Virus record (IMG/VR): IMGVR_UViG_3300037258_000514
Location: 96,001-160,000 of that record
DNA from: a virus
DNA length: 64,000 nucleotides
Direction: 5' to 3' (one strand)
Made by a program: the position numbers and the translations under genes. Shown one piece after another: positions 7,512 through 16,927 of this stretch; the stretch's first letter is position 1; each line of letters begins with the position of its first letter. Below the pieces are notes generated by a model. The model was not told the origin of the DNA and did no database searches. It was given only the letters and a program-made list of their open reading frames with translations.

Positions 7512-7540
7512 AACGTAATATATTACCGAAGGCATGTCAA
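7512..7540 (-). promoter_or_regulatory. sigma70-like promoter heading the Y-RNA/GroES/Ro60 operon
   Basis: TTGACA-17 nt-TACGTT with AT-rich upstream element. Confidence 0.6.
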
Positions 7541-7796
7541 GCAAATTCTTATTATTTTATTAAATTACTATAAATTTATGCCCACTATACTTAAATCATT
7601 GTAGATATTATGATCTTTTAGCAGGGCATAGAATTCACTAATCTTACCTGTTGAGAGTAATTCAGCGCCGGTAATTGCGATTTTCCATTGCTTAGTCGTC
7701 AGCAAAACATTTAGCATTCCTTTTTCGACTTTCGCTACACACCAGGTGAAGCTATAAGTGTCTTTGTCAAATCTGCTAAACACAAGAAACTTACCG

Positions 7797-8333
7797 TTAC
7801 GCCTTGCTAGCATTAACAACCTCGTTAATTTCAAAGAAAACAAACTCAGCTTGATCCATTAGTGTGAGAGAAAGAAAACGTGAACGTCCTTGATCTTCGT
7901 ATCCATATAACTCGTCCCATTTATCTCGGCGAGCTTTCCATTCACGATCAGAAATGTACTCCGGACGATCAGAAGAATTTTGGTAGTGATAATCTTCGAT
8001 TCGACTATCTTTTCCAACAAAATCAAGCGCGCGTTTAACTTTTTGACCTACTATTGTTACTAATCCATCGCCTTCAAACACTTGAACGTAAATGCGTCCT
8101 TTACTAAATCTAAACGTAATCGAACCATTAAAATCGAATTTACTTCTGAGCATTGTCTTCGACTGTATAAGGTATTTTTCTTTAAGTTCTTTTATGCCGC
8201 CGTCTAGACGCGAAGCGGCTTGCCTCATGCGGTAGTAAACATTTTGTGTGCCTTGTTTATGCCAGTTCTGGATTAGATGTTTGAGTTTAACGCCTCTCCT
8301 TACGCGATAAGCATTATAGATTTTTGTACTCAT
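7797..8333 (-). CDS. phage hypothetical protein
   Basis: MSTKIYNAY...EDYHYQNSSDRP..IS..EW..R...W pattern; coupled start. Confidence 0.65.
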   Translation of the reverse strand: MSTKIYNAYRVRRGVKLKHLIQNWHKQGTQNVYYRMRQAASRLDGGIKELKEKYLIQSKTMLRSKFDFNGSITFRFSKGRIYVQVFEGDGLVTIVGQKVKRALDFVGKDSRIEDYHYQNSSDRPEYISDREWKARRDKWDELYGYEDQGRSRFLSLTLMDQAEFVFFEINEVVNASKA

Positions 8334-8616
8334 TTTACCTCTCTCTTTCTTCGTTCTTCATATCTTGTTCCCCCACATTCTTTACAAATACCCTCTCCTG
8401 CAGTAATTCCTCTACAACAATGTTTGCAATCCAGCCGTATAAGCGAATACAAATTCCTAGTGTGCCATTCAGAATAAGCGGCTATAAGTATAGCCAATTT
8501 GTTTGCTGTATCATCTGCACCTTTCCTCTTTGGATTTTCACGGTAAGTAGCTTGTAGATATCCCTTTGCTTCGGCAAGGGCATAAAACAATTTGTTAGGA
8601 AGATCAAGATTATCAA

Positions 8617-9009
8617 TCATCTTATCGTTACTGTCCTTAAATTGCCATCCACGATCTTAAACTTGTTGTTTTCAAAAACAAGCAAAATTTCCTGTTCTGC
8701 TGCTTTATCGGGAAATTTATGAACATTGGCGATAACTTTTGCTACTTCTTCTTTGGCCTTGGCGTCGTCTTGTGTAGCTTCATACCAAAAGGACGAAGCT
8801 GGATGCCACCATAATACTTTATGTGTTTGCCAACATGGATTCGCAAACTCTTCTTTTTGTAATCCACGTAGTTCAAACTCGGTTCTTTTTTCGCTTTCAA
8901 GTATTAGATCAGCAAGTAAAGCAAGGCGAATAGCTTTTCCGTCGTTTCTCTTAACGAAACATAGCCAGTGCGTTTTAGAAATTTCACTTAATGTTTTTGT
9001 CTGACGCAT
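8617..9009 (-). CDS. hypothetical protein
   Basis: ORF in a tightly packed minus-strand operon. Confidence 0.6.
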   Translation of the reverse strand: MRQTKTLSEISKTHWLCFVKRNDGKAIRLALLADLILESEKRTEFELRGLQKEEFANPCWQTHKVLWWHPASSFWYEATQDDAKAKEEVAKVIANVHKFPDKAAEQEILLVFENNKFKIVDGNLRTVTIR

Positions 9010-9291
9010 TCCTATTTACTCCATCTACAATGCGAAGTGTATTCTGTTCTTTTATTCCTATCTTGTAACCTAAAGCTATTCCAAACATCATAGCTGTTTG
9101 ATATTTCCGCAATCTCTCTATCTTTTCTATTCTTATGTTGGACATTGCTATCCATGAAGATGCGTTTCATACACTTCGCCATTGGAGATGAGTTCAGCAC
9201 GTAATTCCGTACCATTAAAATTAAGTCACCGTCGTCTAGAGAAAACTCATCTGATAGGACAAAACCATCAAGCTCTTCATTTGTAAGCATC

Positions 9292-9915
9292 TCAGTTTTT
9301 CCTTACTCTAAAGTTCGCATCTACAACAGAGAACTGAGCTTTCTTTTCAGTTACAGAAGCTAAGCCGAGTTTACCAAGTGCATATTGATATTGAGCCTCT
9401 GCTTCTGGTGTTCCTGTACCGAGATTTGCGAAGTGAAACTTCGCCTCTTTCTTACCTTTGTTGTCGCGCATATCCCCTTCAAACGTACAGGCGATAAGAT
9501 CTCCTTTGTTAAAAGTAACCTCCAATCCATCAGTTCCATAAACAGAAGCAGGCATGTTAATCTCTAACTTAGCAGGAAGGGCTACATCATTAACAAAGTC
9601 TTTAAACTTTGTCATTAAGACTTTCTGCCCCATCCTAGCCGTAATAATCCAATTTCCTGTTGCATGATCTGGCGTCAATGTTGCTCCCTCCCTTATTTTC
9701 ATCTTATCGAGAAATACCGCGCCCTTGCCTGCTGACGTGAATCCTTCTGTTTCATCTATGATTTGTTTAAGTCGTGGTAGTATTTTATCCAATTCTGCTC
9801 TTTCCTTCTTAACCGATTTAAGTTGACGCTTAATACTCCTAAGCTGTTGTTTTTTAGCTTGAAGATGAAATTGAATAGCACGACGTTCACTTCTTTTCAT
9901 TTCTATTAACTCCAT
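9292..9915 (-). CDS. hypothetical protein with N-terminal coiled coil
   Basis: 207-aa ORF, heptad-like N-terminus. Confidence 0.6.
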   Translation of the reverse strand: MELIEMKRSERRAIQFHLQAKKQQLRSIKRQLKSVKKERAELDKILPRLKQIIDETEGFTSAGKGAVFLDKMKIREGATLTPDHATGNWIITARMGQKVLMTKFKDFVNDVALPAKLEINMPASVYGTDGLEVTFNKGDLIACTFEGDMRDNKGKKEAKFHFANLGTGTPEAEAQYQYALGKLGLASVTEKKAQFSVVDANFRVRKN

Positions 9916-10720
9916 CTACACGAGTTAGTTCAATTCTATCCGGAAGATATTTACTCCCTTCAAGTAAATCGGCCAGGTTGTCAGCAGATATTGGTAGCTT
10001 TAATTTCTTCTCAAGAACGGAACAATCAGGTGTTACAACAATACTAACCTTTGTGCAGTTTTTTGTTTTGATTATAAGAGGATTTAGATTCTTCATCTCC
10101 CTTACGTTTGCTGCATCAATAACAATAAATAGCGTATCAGCTACAGGGAAAGTAAGCATCAGGAAGTCCTCTGAACACCATCCACAACATTGTAGAATGA
10201 AAGCGCATCCACAGGAACATTGTTGAGATGGCAAAGTACTATCAAAGCGGGAAAGATAAGAGGAGTGAATAAATCTAAAACACATTCGCCTTCTTCTTTT
10301 GTTAACATGCAAGCCTGGAAACGTTTTAACTCAACGAGTGGCCCCCCTAAGGGCGAGTTCATATTTACTGTGCCTTTTGGAGTAAGTTTAATCTTCAGTG
10401 CAAACCCTCCCGCACTAAATATAGCTTTTCTTTCCTCGAAGTAGTGCATTTGAATTGCACTATCGGATAGCCCAAGCCCATCGTTCACACCCTACCCACG
10501 GAATTATGCCGTACTCGGATGAGTTAGAAGCTTCAGGTGCTTTAAACTCTATCCATGTGTATCTGTTCTTTGGGCGAACATCGGGAAAATCATCCCAGTT
10601 CCAGTTTTCTCTGCTACACTTAACAAAGAAGAGCTCACTTGCGTACGTACCATCAATTTTTTCGTCTACGTGTTTTAGCAAAATACTACCCATAGGGTCA
10701 TCGTATAGAATAGATACATT

Positions 10721-11686
10721 TTACCTTCCTGCTACAAAGAGTTTTACTCCAGGGTCTTTTAAGGGTTTTCCCTCTGGTCCTTTGATGTACGATTCAACAA
10801 AGACAGGTCTGTGTCCTCCAGTTGAAGGTAAGTATTGATTTCGCCAATGTCCCCGAACAGACCACTGCCACTGCCAATCAGGCGCAGTTCCGGAGGAATC
10901 TTTCTTGCGCGCTTCCTCCAGCCTACGAAGTGTAATTACGCGAATGAAAGGCGTAACAGGCATTTTCTTAAATGCGTTTCTCCTTAGAACTTGCCTATGC
11001 GTGTTGTGTGTAACATTAGCTGCAAGACGTTGAGCCATTAAGTAAAATGCAGAGTAAATCCAACGTATTTCATGCTTTGTTTCAGACTCACGTCCTTGCT
11101 TGTATTGTCCTCCAACTTCAATAGATATACCTTCGAACTCTTTAATTCTATCAATTAACTTCTCCCCAGGTTGGAGCATAAAGTATGACCACGGGGAGAA
11201 TTTTAGCGTGGAGTGGATATGACTAAGATCAAGGAAGCAAAGGAACTGTGTGGCACCATTCTCCGCGATCTTACCCGGAACATTTCCTACCATTCCTTTT
11301 GCAGTTTGCTCACCCGCAGTGACAGGTCGCCACCCAATAGCTGAGATTTTTGGTTTAAAGTTCAATCCTGAATGGGCGTTTTCAATCTCAACTTGCTCAA
11401 CATGAGGAACTTCAAACGGATCTTCGATCCACAGAAACCCTTGCTTTGATTGCATCCATTCAGGATCAAAGGCAAGATCATCAGGAACAGTCTCCCTTGC
11501 ATGTTCAACAAGGGAACAGAATTTACTGTTCATAAAGAATGTATCACCGGATTCAAGCACATTAATATATAGTGGAATCGCGGCAGTTGAACCTCCTGCA
11601 GAGGCCCCTTTGTATAATCCACCCTCACGCGCCCATCTAAGCCAACTTGCTCTTGTTTCCAGAGCTTTGATGTAGTTTGTTTCCAT
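10721..11686 (-). CDS. conserved phage/plasmid hypothetical protein
   Basis: C-terminal WSVRGHWRNQY...YIKGPEGKPL motif; AAAGGAGG RBS. Confidence 0.7.
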   Translation of the reverse strand: METNYIKALETRASWLRWAREGGLYKGASAGGSTAAIPLYINVLESGDTFFMNSKFCSLVEHARETVPDDLAFDPEWMQSKQGFLWIEDPFEVPHVEQVEIENAHSGLNFKPKISAIGWRPVTAGEQTAKGMVGNVPGKIAENGATQFLCFLDLSHIHSTLKFSPWSYFMLQPGEKLIDRIKEFEGISIEVGGQYKQGRESETKHEIRWIYSAFYLMAQRLAANVTHNTHRQVLRRNAFKKMPVTPFIRVITLRRLEEARKKDSSGTAPDWQWQWSVRGHWRNQYLPSTGGHRPVFVESYIKGPEGKPLKDPGVKLFVAGR

Positions 11687-12796
11687 GTGATTTACCTCCT
11701 TTTTGTAATGCTTTCACAATACGATTAAGCGCTGATTTTCTAAGTTCGAGTGGTATTGGAATTTCAGAAAATGCGTTCCTTATAGCATAACGTAAACGAC
11801 GCTGTTTATTTATTTCTTCTTTCATTTTCTTCGAAAGTTTAAGTTGTCTAAGCTTTCGTTTCATCTTTGATTTCCACTGCTTAACACGTTTACTTTCCTT
11901 CTTCATCAAAATTCCCTATCTGAAGTATATCACAAAGATCATTATCAGAAAACGGTCCCCGCCATTCTGTGCAAGGTCTCCAATGAATAAAATACGTTGC
12001 CTGCCAGATTAATTTCTGATCTGAGTTTAGATTCGGATTTCCAACAAATCTACCTTCATCCTGAAGTTCAACAGCTCTACTCACAGGGACTGATATTGTC
12101 TCCGCTTGTCTGAACACTTTCCCTCCGCCTGAATTCGTTGTTAACTATCTTTAATCTTTCTCTGTCGAAATGATTAAGATCTGCACGTTGAGAAAGAATT
12201 TCAAGTACTCCACGAAGTAGTTCAACTTCTGAAAACTTCGATAAGTCCTCAGGGATAAGCTCTGATAGTTTAATTATGGGTACTGGCATGCTTCCTCCAT
12301 TGCTATCTATCAAGCAAACGCTAAGCATTCGCGTAGACTAAGCATTGAAATCGAACTTTTCAATGCTATATCCAATTCCGGGTAATGCTTTGATTTGATA
12401 CCCAATTAGATTGTCTTCGCAATAGTCAATAATATACTGAAGGGTCGACGCATTGCCTGAATGGTGCGCCTTACCTGTTAGCATAAAATTCTCAACTATA
12501 CGACGTACTTGCGCGTTAGTTAAGTTTCTATGCTTTCTAGGGAGAAGTTGCGGCGCTTTCTTTCTTCCATCGAGTTTAGTTTTGTCCATCGTTAGACCCT
12601 TGTACTTCTTTAACGACATTGCGAATTTGCTCGTTTAAAGCAGCAAGTTGCGCTGAAATTTCAAACATACATTGCATCTGATAAGTTTGAACCTTTGCCA
12701 TTGCAGCTTGAATTTGAAGGACATTTGCGGGGCCATCACAAGCCTTTACATCATTAAATGCTTTACTAGCTTCATTTCTAATCTGTTCTGCTGTTA

Positions 12797-13675
12797 TCAC
12801 AATTTTCTCCTGCTTGTTTTTTTGAGTGATGTTAACTTATCTTCGACTAACTTCTCAGTCGGGAACACGCAAAGGTTAGGTCTCTTTGGAGAATACGTAA
12901 ATGAATCTGTACAATACACTTTGGTAAAGTCTTCGAGAAGCAGATCAACTCCTTTCGAGAATATACCATGTGTAACGTACAGGTAAAGTTCAGGATGATC
13001 TTTCTGTTGTTCTCGAATCTTCTGAGCAATCCCCTTAAATGTTCCTCCACCATCACAGATATCGTCTACAATTAATACACGTTTTGTGTTGATGATTGGA
13101 ACAGTAAATTCTAATAAAGCTCCCGTTGTTACATCACGTTTTTTCTGACAATGCAGAACAGGGATGCCAAGTTTTTGAGCAAACAGAAGATTATAGCGAT
13201 CAACCGATCCTTCATCCGGGAGCAGGATAGTTACATCGTCTAGCTGCGCAACCACCGATGCAATTATTGGTTCTACTCCAATATTAACGAAGTTGGCAAT
13301 ACAACTTTTTGCTGCGTGAGAGTGAACATCCAAAGCCAATACGCGATCACAACCCGTCATGTTTATCATATCCCCGAACACTTTGAGTCCAAAGCAATCA
13401 GCAGGTGTAAACCTTCTATCAGCTCTTGCATACGGCAAGTATGGGAAAACAAGGGAAACCGGAATTCTCCGGCCTCCAATTACTTCTCGAACGCAATCAA
13501 CAAGCATCGCCGTTTTAATGAATGATGAACGCGAAATGATTTCTACTTCATCACTGCGATCAATTAGTTTCGCTTGCTCACTGTTCATTCTAACCTGTAC
13601 TTCACCTGCTGGATATGTAAATAGACTATACAGAATACTATTGTCTTCTGGAATGCGGATTTTGTGTATTTTCAT
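12797..13675 (-). CDS. ribose-phosphate pyrophosphokinase-like protein (candidate Adps, NARP1)
   Basis: FTYPAGEVQV, PYLPYARADR, DVHS, PDEG, KKRD, PRT motif VLIVDDICDGGGTF, VTHGIFSKG. Confidence 0.88.
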   Translation of the reverse strand: MKIHKIRIPEDNSILYSLFTYPAGEVQVRMNSEQAKLIDRSDEVEIISRSSFIKTAMLVDCVREVIGGRRIPVSLVFPYLPYARADRRFTPADCFGLKVFGDMINMTGCDRVLALDVHSHAAKSCIANFVNIGVEPIIASVVAQLDDVTILLPDEGSVDRYNLLFAQKLGIPVLHCQKKRDVTTGALLEFTVPIINTKRVLIVDDICDGGGTFKGIAQKIREQQKDHPELYLYVTHGIFSKGVDLLLEDFTKVYCTDSFTYSPKRPNLCVFPTEKLVEDKLTSLKKTSRRKL

Positions 13676-15165
13676 GCTCTTACTCTCGCCCTAATTTCAT
13701 CAAACGTCTGCTCAACCAAAAGATTACCATTACTGAACACCTTTCTAAAAGCGCACGCGTCAAGTGCTGCTGGGTTAGCTCCTTGCTCAACGTAATAACC
13801 GGGGTTAGCATCATCGGGTCTCGTTCTATATACAGCAGGAATTCCTTTGTGTGATTTCTTAAAATCGTGATCTGTGATTGGGTTTTTGAAAATAGCTTGT
13901 ACGCCTTTCTCTGTTCGTACTGCTGTTGCTTTCATTGCCCAGTTGTAAGTGTCTCTGGTGACGTATTCGTAAGTATACGAACCGATACCAAATACCAAGT
14001 TGTACGGCGATAGTTTTAAGTCGTTTACTGTTCGATCAAGGATCGCAGAAGCACGTTCAACAGAAATTCCGTCTCCGTAGATTACACCAGCCTTGTTGAT
14101 GAGAGGAAGTCCTTTTCTGTTTGAATCTGTGCCGAGTACCATTGCAAGCAATTGAAGTGCTCCATAGTGGGCAGGATGATGCGCCAAATACAACGGGTAG
14201 TCTGTATTTGGAATGTCAATATCCTTATCACCACAAACAATCTTAACAGGATCGCCTGAATCCGGACGGATAACAAGTTTGCCATCTCTTGCCAAGATCT
14301 CTGGTTTTAATCTTTTAACATAATCAGTGATTACTCTCCAGAGATCCCAAGTGTCAGATACAATCGACACAATTCCTGTTGGATATACATCCATGATTAG
14401 GCGACGAAATGTTTCGAATTCTTCATCCTTACCACCAGCGCACATTACTGAGTGTTCAGTTGCAGGAACAGAGCCTCCGCAGCTAAGATTTGCACCATAA
14501 AATTCTTTCGCTGCTAAGATTGCAGGAATGGTATCCGTCCCATTAAAACTTAACAGGTGACCCATACCTGATAGGATTGCATCTTCATAACCCGACATAC
14601 CTCTATAGCTAAAGTCATGTCCCATCCAGTCAACAAAACCAAGATCAGTTTCGCCAGCCTTAGTAGCATACTCAACAAATAACTTTCTGAAACGCTGTGC
14701 CGTTGTTGCAGAAGTTGAAGGCTTCCACAACACGTTAGACATACACGTTTCAAGGAAGTTAGGCAACCAGAAACAGTTCTGATCCGTGTTTGTAATAACA
14801 AGTGCAGGACAACCAAGCGGGACTCTTGCTCCTTCAGGTAAAGCGTAGATATCAATTGGCAAGTATCCTAAATCGTGCAGATATTCAATGTGATCTACTT
14901 TTGGATTGGCTATGCCAAGTGTTGCTTTGATTAACTCTCTGTATTCAGAAAGTACCTCAGCTTTAGGTCGTTTAAAAAATCCTTCGTTCCAACCTTTCTG
15001 TAACCTGTTCTTGATAAAGTATTGCAGGCCAAAGAACACCGTATATTTCTGGTCAAGAATACGGCTTGAACGTGGCGTCCAGTTAGACCAGATTTGCTTT
15101 GTGCCTTCAGGATATTGACTAACGTGTCCTACTTTGTAAAAATCAATTTCAAACAGTGGATTCAT
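13672..15165 (-). CDS. nicotinamide phosphoribosyltransferase-like protein (candidate Namat, NARP1)
   Basis: DFYKVGH..QYP, HDFSYRG, SVPATEHSVM, SIVSDTWD, VIRPDSGDP, IYGDGI, FGIGS. Confidence 0.92.
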   Translation of the reverse strand: MNPLFEIDFYKVGHVSQYPEGTKQIWSNWTPRSSRILDQKYTVFFGLQYFIKNRLQKGWNEGFFKRPKAEVLSEYRELIKATLGIANPKVDHIEYLHDLGYLPIDIYALPEGARVPLGCPALVITNTDQNCFWLPNFLETCMSNVLWKPSTSATTAQRFRKLFVEYATKAGETDLGFVDWMGHDFSYRGMSGYEDAILSGMGHLLSFNGTDTIPAILAAKEFYGANLSCGGSVPATEHSVMCAGGKDEEFETFRRLIMDVYPTGIVSIVSDTWDLWRVITDYVKRLKPEILARDGKLVIRPDSGDPVKIVCGDKDIDIPNTDYPLYLAHHPAHYGALQLLAMVLGTDSNRKGLPLINKAGVIYGDGISVERASAILDRTVNDLKLSPYNLVFGIGSYTYEYVTRDTYNWAMKATAVRTEKGVQAIFKNPITDHDFKKSHKGIPAVYRTRPDDANPGYYVEQGANPAALDACAFRKVFSNGNLLVEQTFDEIRARVRA

Positions 15166-15174
15166 ATTTTCCTT

Positions 15175-15465
15175 TTACCACGAATTGTAAAAACGAATTA
15201 GCTTGATATCTTTCGGAAGTTTCGAAAGGTTTACTTCGTAGCCTTTACCGTTATCGTTATGCCATTCTTCTAAAGCGCCTACTTTTGCGAGATAGGCTGA
15301 GTTGAGGATGACGCCTCCCTCTTCAGGAGGTTCGTACTCGAAAAATTTCAATACATCAGTCGGTTTCTCAACTCCTGCTGCAGTACATGCATCCCATACT
15401 GCCTTCATCTTCTTCCATTTCTCGTCTGCAGGACGAAAAGCTACAACTGTAGTAGACATACCCAT
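15175..15465 (-). CDS. phage hypothetical protein
   Basis: MGMSTTVV...IRFYNSW; GGAGG RBS favours start at 15465. Confidence 0.65.
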   Translation of the reverse strand: MGMSTTVVAFRPADEKWKKMKAVWDACTAAGVEKPTDVLKFFEYEPPEEGGVILNSAYLAKVGALEEWHNDNGKGYEVNLSKLPKDIKLIRFYNSW

Positions 15466-15527
15466 CTTGTTTTTAAAACCCTCCAAACTACCCTCTCGAT
15501 AATTTGAGAGGGCAGGCGTGCAAGGTT

Positions 15528-15797
15528 TTATGCCATTCGACGCAGCTTGGCCCAACGAGCTTTCTGAGCCATACTGATGCGTTTACGTCCAGCAGCAGAG
15601 AGCACACGTTTAATTTTCTTAAACGGAATAACACGTCCTGCTGGTGGATGTACTGTTACATGCATGTTAACACTGTTTTTGGTAGCTTCGTCAAAATCAA
15701 GTTCAACTCGGACTTTTGAATTTTTCTTGCTACCATGTTCAAACGACTCGAAGAACGAAGCGATTTCGTTCATGTAGCCTTCCACGATGATTTTCAT
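15528..15797 (-). CDS. small basic protein with SAAGRKRISxAQKARW motif
   Basis: C-terminal basic helix; coupled to the rIIB stop. Confidence 0.6.
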   Translation of the reverse strand: MKIIVEGYMNEIASFFESFEHGSKKNSKVRVELDFDEATKNSVNMHVTVHPPAGRVIPFKKIKRVLSAAGRKRISMAQKARWAKLRRMA

Positions 15798-16927
15798 TCT
15801 TTGCTACTAACAGGCGTTGGAAACGATACAGTTTTACAACGTGCTCCTGTTAATGTTCCTACTGCTGCGATGTAGCTATCCATCGTAGTAGCATCAATGT
15901 CGTGTTTCTTTTCAAGAAGAGCAACTACCTTGTAAGTCTTCTTAAGTTGTTTTGCTACTTGACCGATCGTTAATCCGGCAGCTTTTCGCATAGATTCAAG
16001 CGCGCGGTTGTCTGTTACTTCAGGTCCAACACTCACAAGTTCGTAGCGTTGAACGAGAGTTTTCAAACGAGCATAAGAAGATTTGATAAGTGTTTTTGTG
16101 CTCATCTTCTTCTTACGGATATCACGCTTTACTGTCGGATGAGCAAGGAGCATCTTAATCATGTCCTTGCGATCCTTCTTAACCTCGACCACAAGTTTTT
16201 TCTCAAGTTCAGAATAACCTTCATGCTTGAAGATATGCGTGTCTTTGTCGCCTAGTTCCATCAGTACTTCGTATCGAAGTACTCTAATCTTTCCTGATTG
16301 CGCTGAAAGTACATCACGCGGATTTGCTTTTACAGCCATCGTTTTCTCTCCATAAACTCCATACTGTTTTGAACAGATATGGAATCCAGAAGAGCACTGT
16401 GTATACCAATGGGGATCACCCTCTTTACGAGGCATCATGATGATCTGTCCTGGGCTGTTGTCAACTGTCTGCGAATGCGTATCCATGTTGTTACGTTTTA
16501 CTGACTTGTATGCAAGAAAGTGTCCATCATCTGTGATTGGTAAGTCGTTGTTAACAAGCCAATCATAGAATTCTTTAATTGCATGTGGTTCAGGATTCTG
16601 ATACAAGTTATTCATGAAGCGAATAAGATGACTTACGTTCTTTCGCCCCTCAATCATATCCAAAATTCGTTTACTAAGCGAATTGTGAATCTCTTTGTCT
16701 TTGTAAAAGACTGCGTCTTTCTTCACAGTCACAAGTCCATGAGATTCGACTGAGATATTTTCTGCAAGCGTAACTAAGCCCGGAATTTTTTTCCATTCCT
16801 TAGCTTTGATTGCAGCTTTCATCTTCTTAAAAGTTGGATGAGACTCTTGCAATGCGAAAGGCTTACCTCCAACAATTACTTGGATAAAGTTATCTTTCAA
16901 AACAAAGGGAATAGTTTTAGTTGGCAT
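15794..16927 (-). CDS. rIIB: rIIB-like protein with C-terminal XRE-type HTH
   Basis: FMNNLYQNP, LPITDDGHFLAYKSV, CSSGFH, VKANPRDV, KIRVLRYEV; downstream of rIIA. Confidence 0.88.
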   Translation of the reverse strand: MPTKTIPFVLKDNFIQVIVGGKPFALQESHPTFKKMKAAIKAKEWKKIPGLVTLAENISVESHGLVTVKKDAVFYKDKEIHNSLSKRILDMIEGRKNVSHLIRFMNNLYQNPEPHAIKEFYDWLVNNDLPITDDGHFLAYKSVKRNNMDTHSQTVDNSPGQIIMMPRKEGDPHWYTQCSSGFHICSKQYGVYGEKTMAVKANPRDVLSAQSGKIRVLRYEVLMELGDKDTHIFKHEGYSELEKKLVVEVKKDRKDMIKMLLAHPTVKRDIRKKKMSTKTLIKSSYARLKTLVQRYELVSVGPEVTDNRALESMRKAAGLTIGQVAKQLKKTYKVVALLEKKHDIDATTMDSYIAAVGTLTGARCKTVSFPTPVSSKE

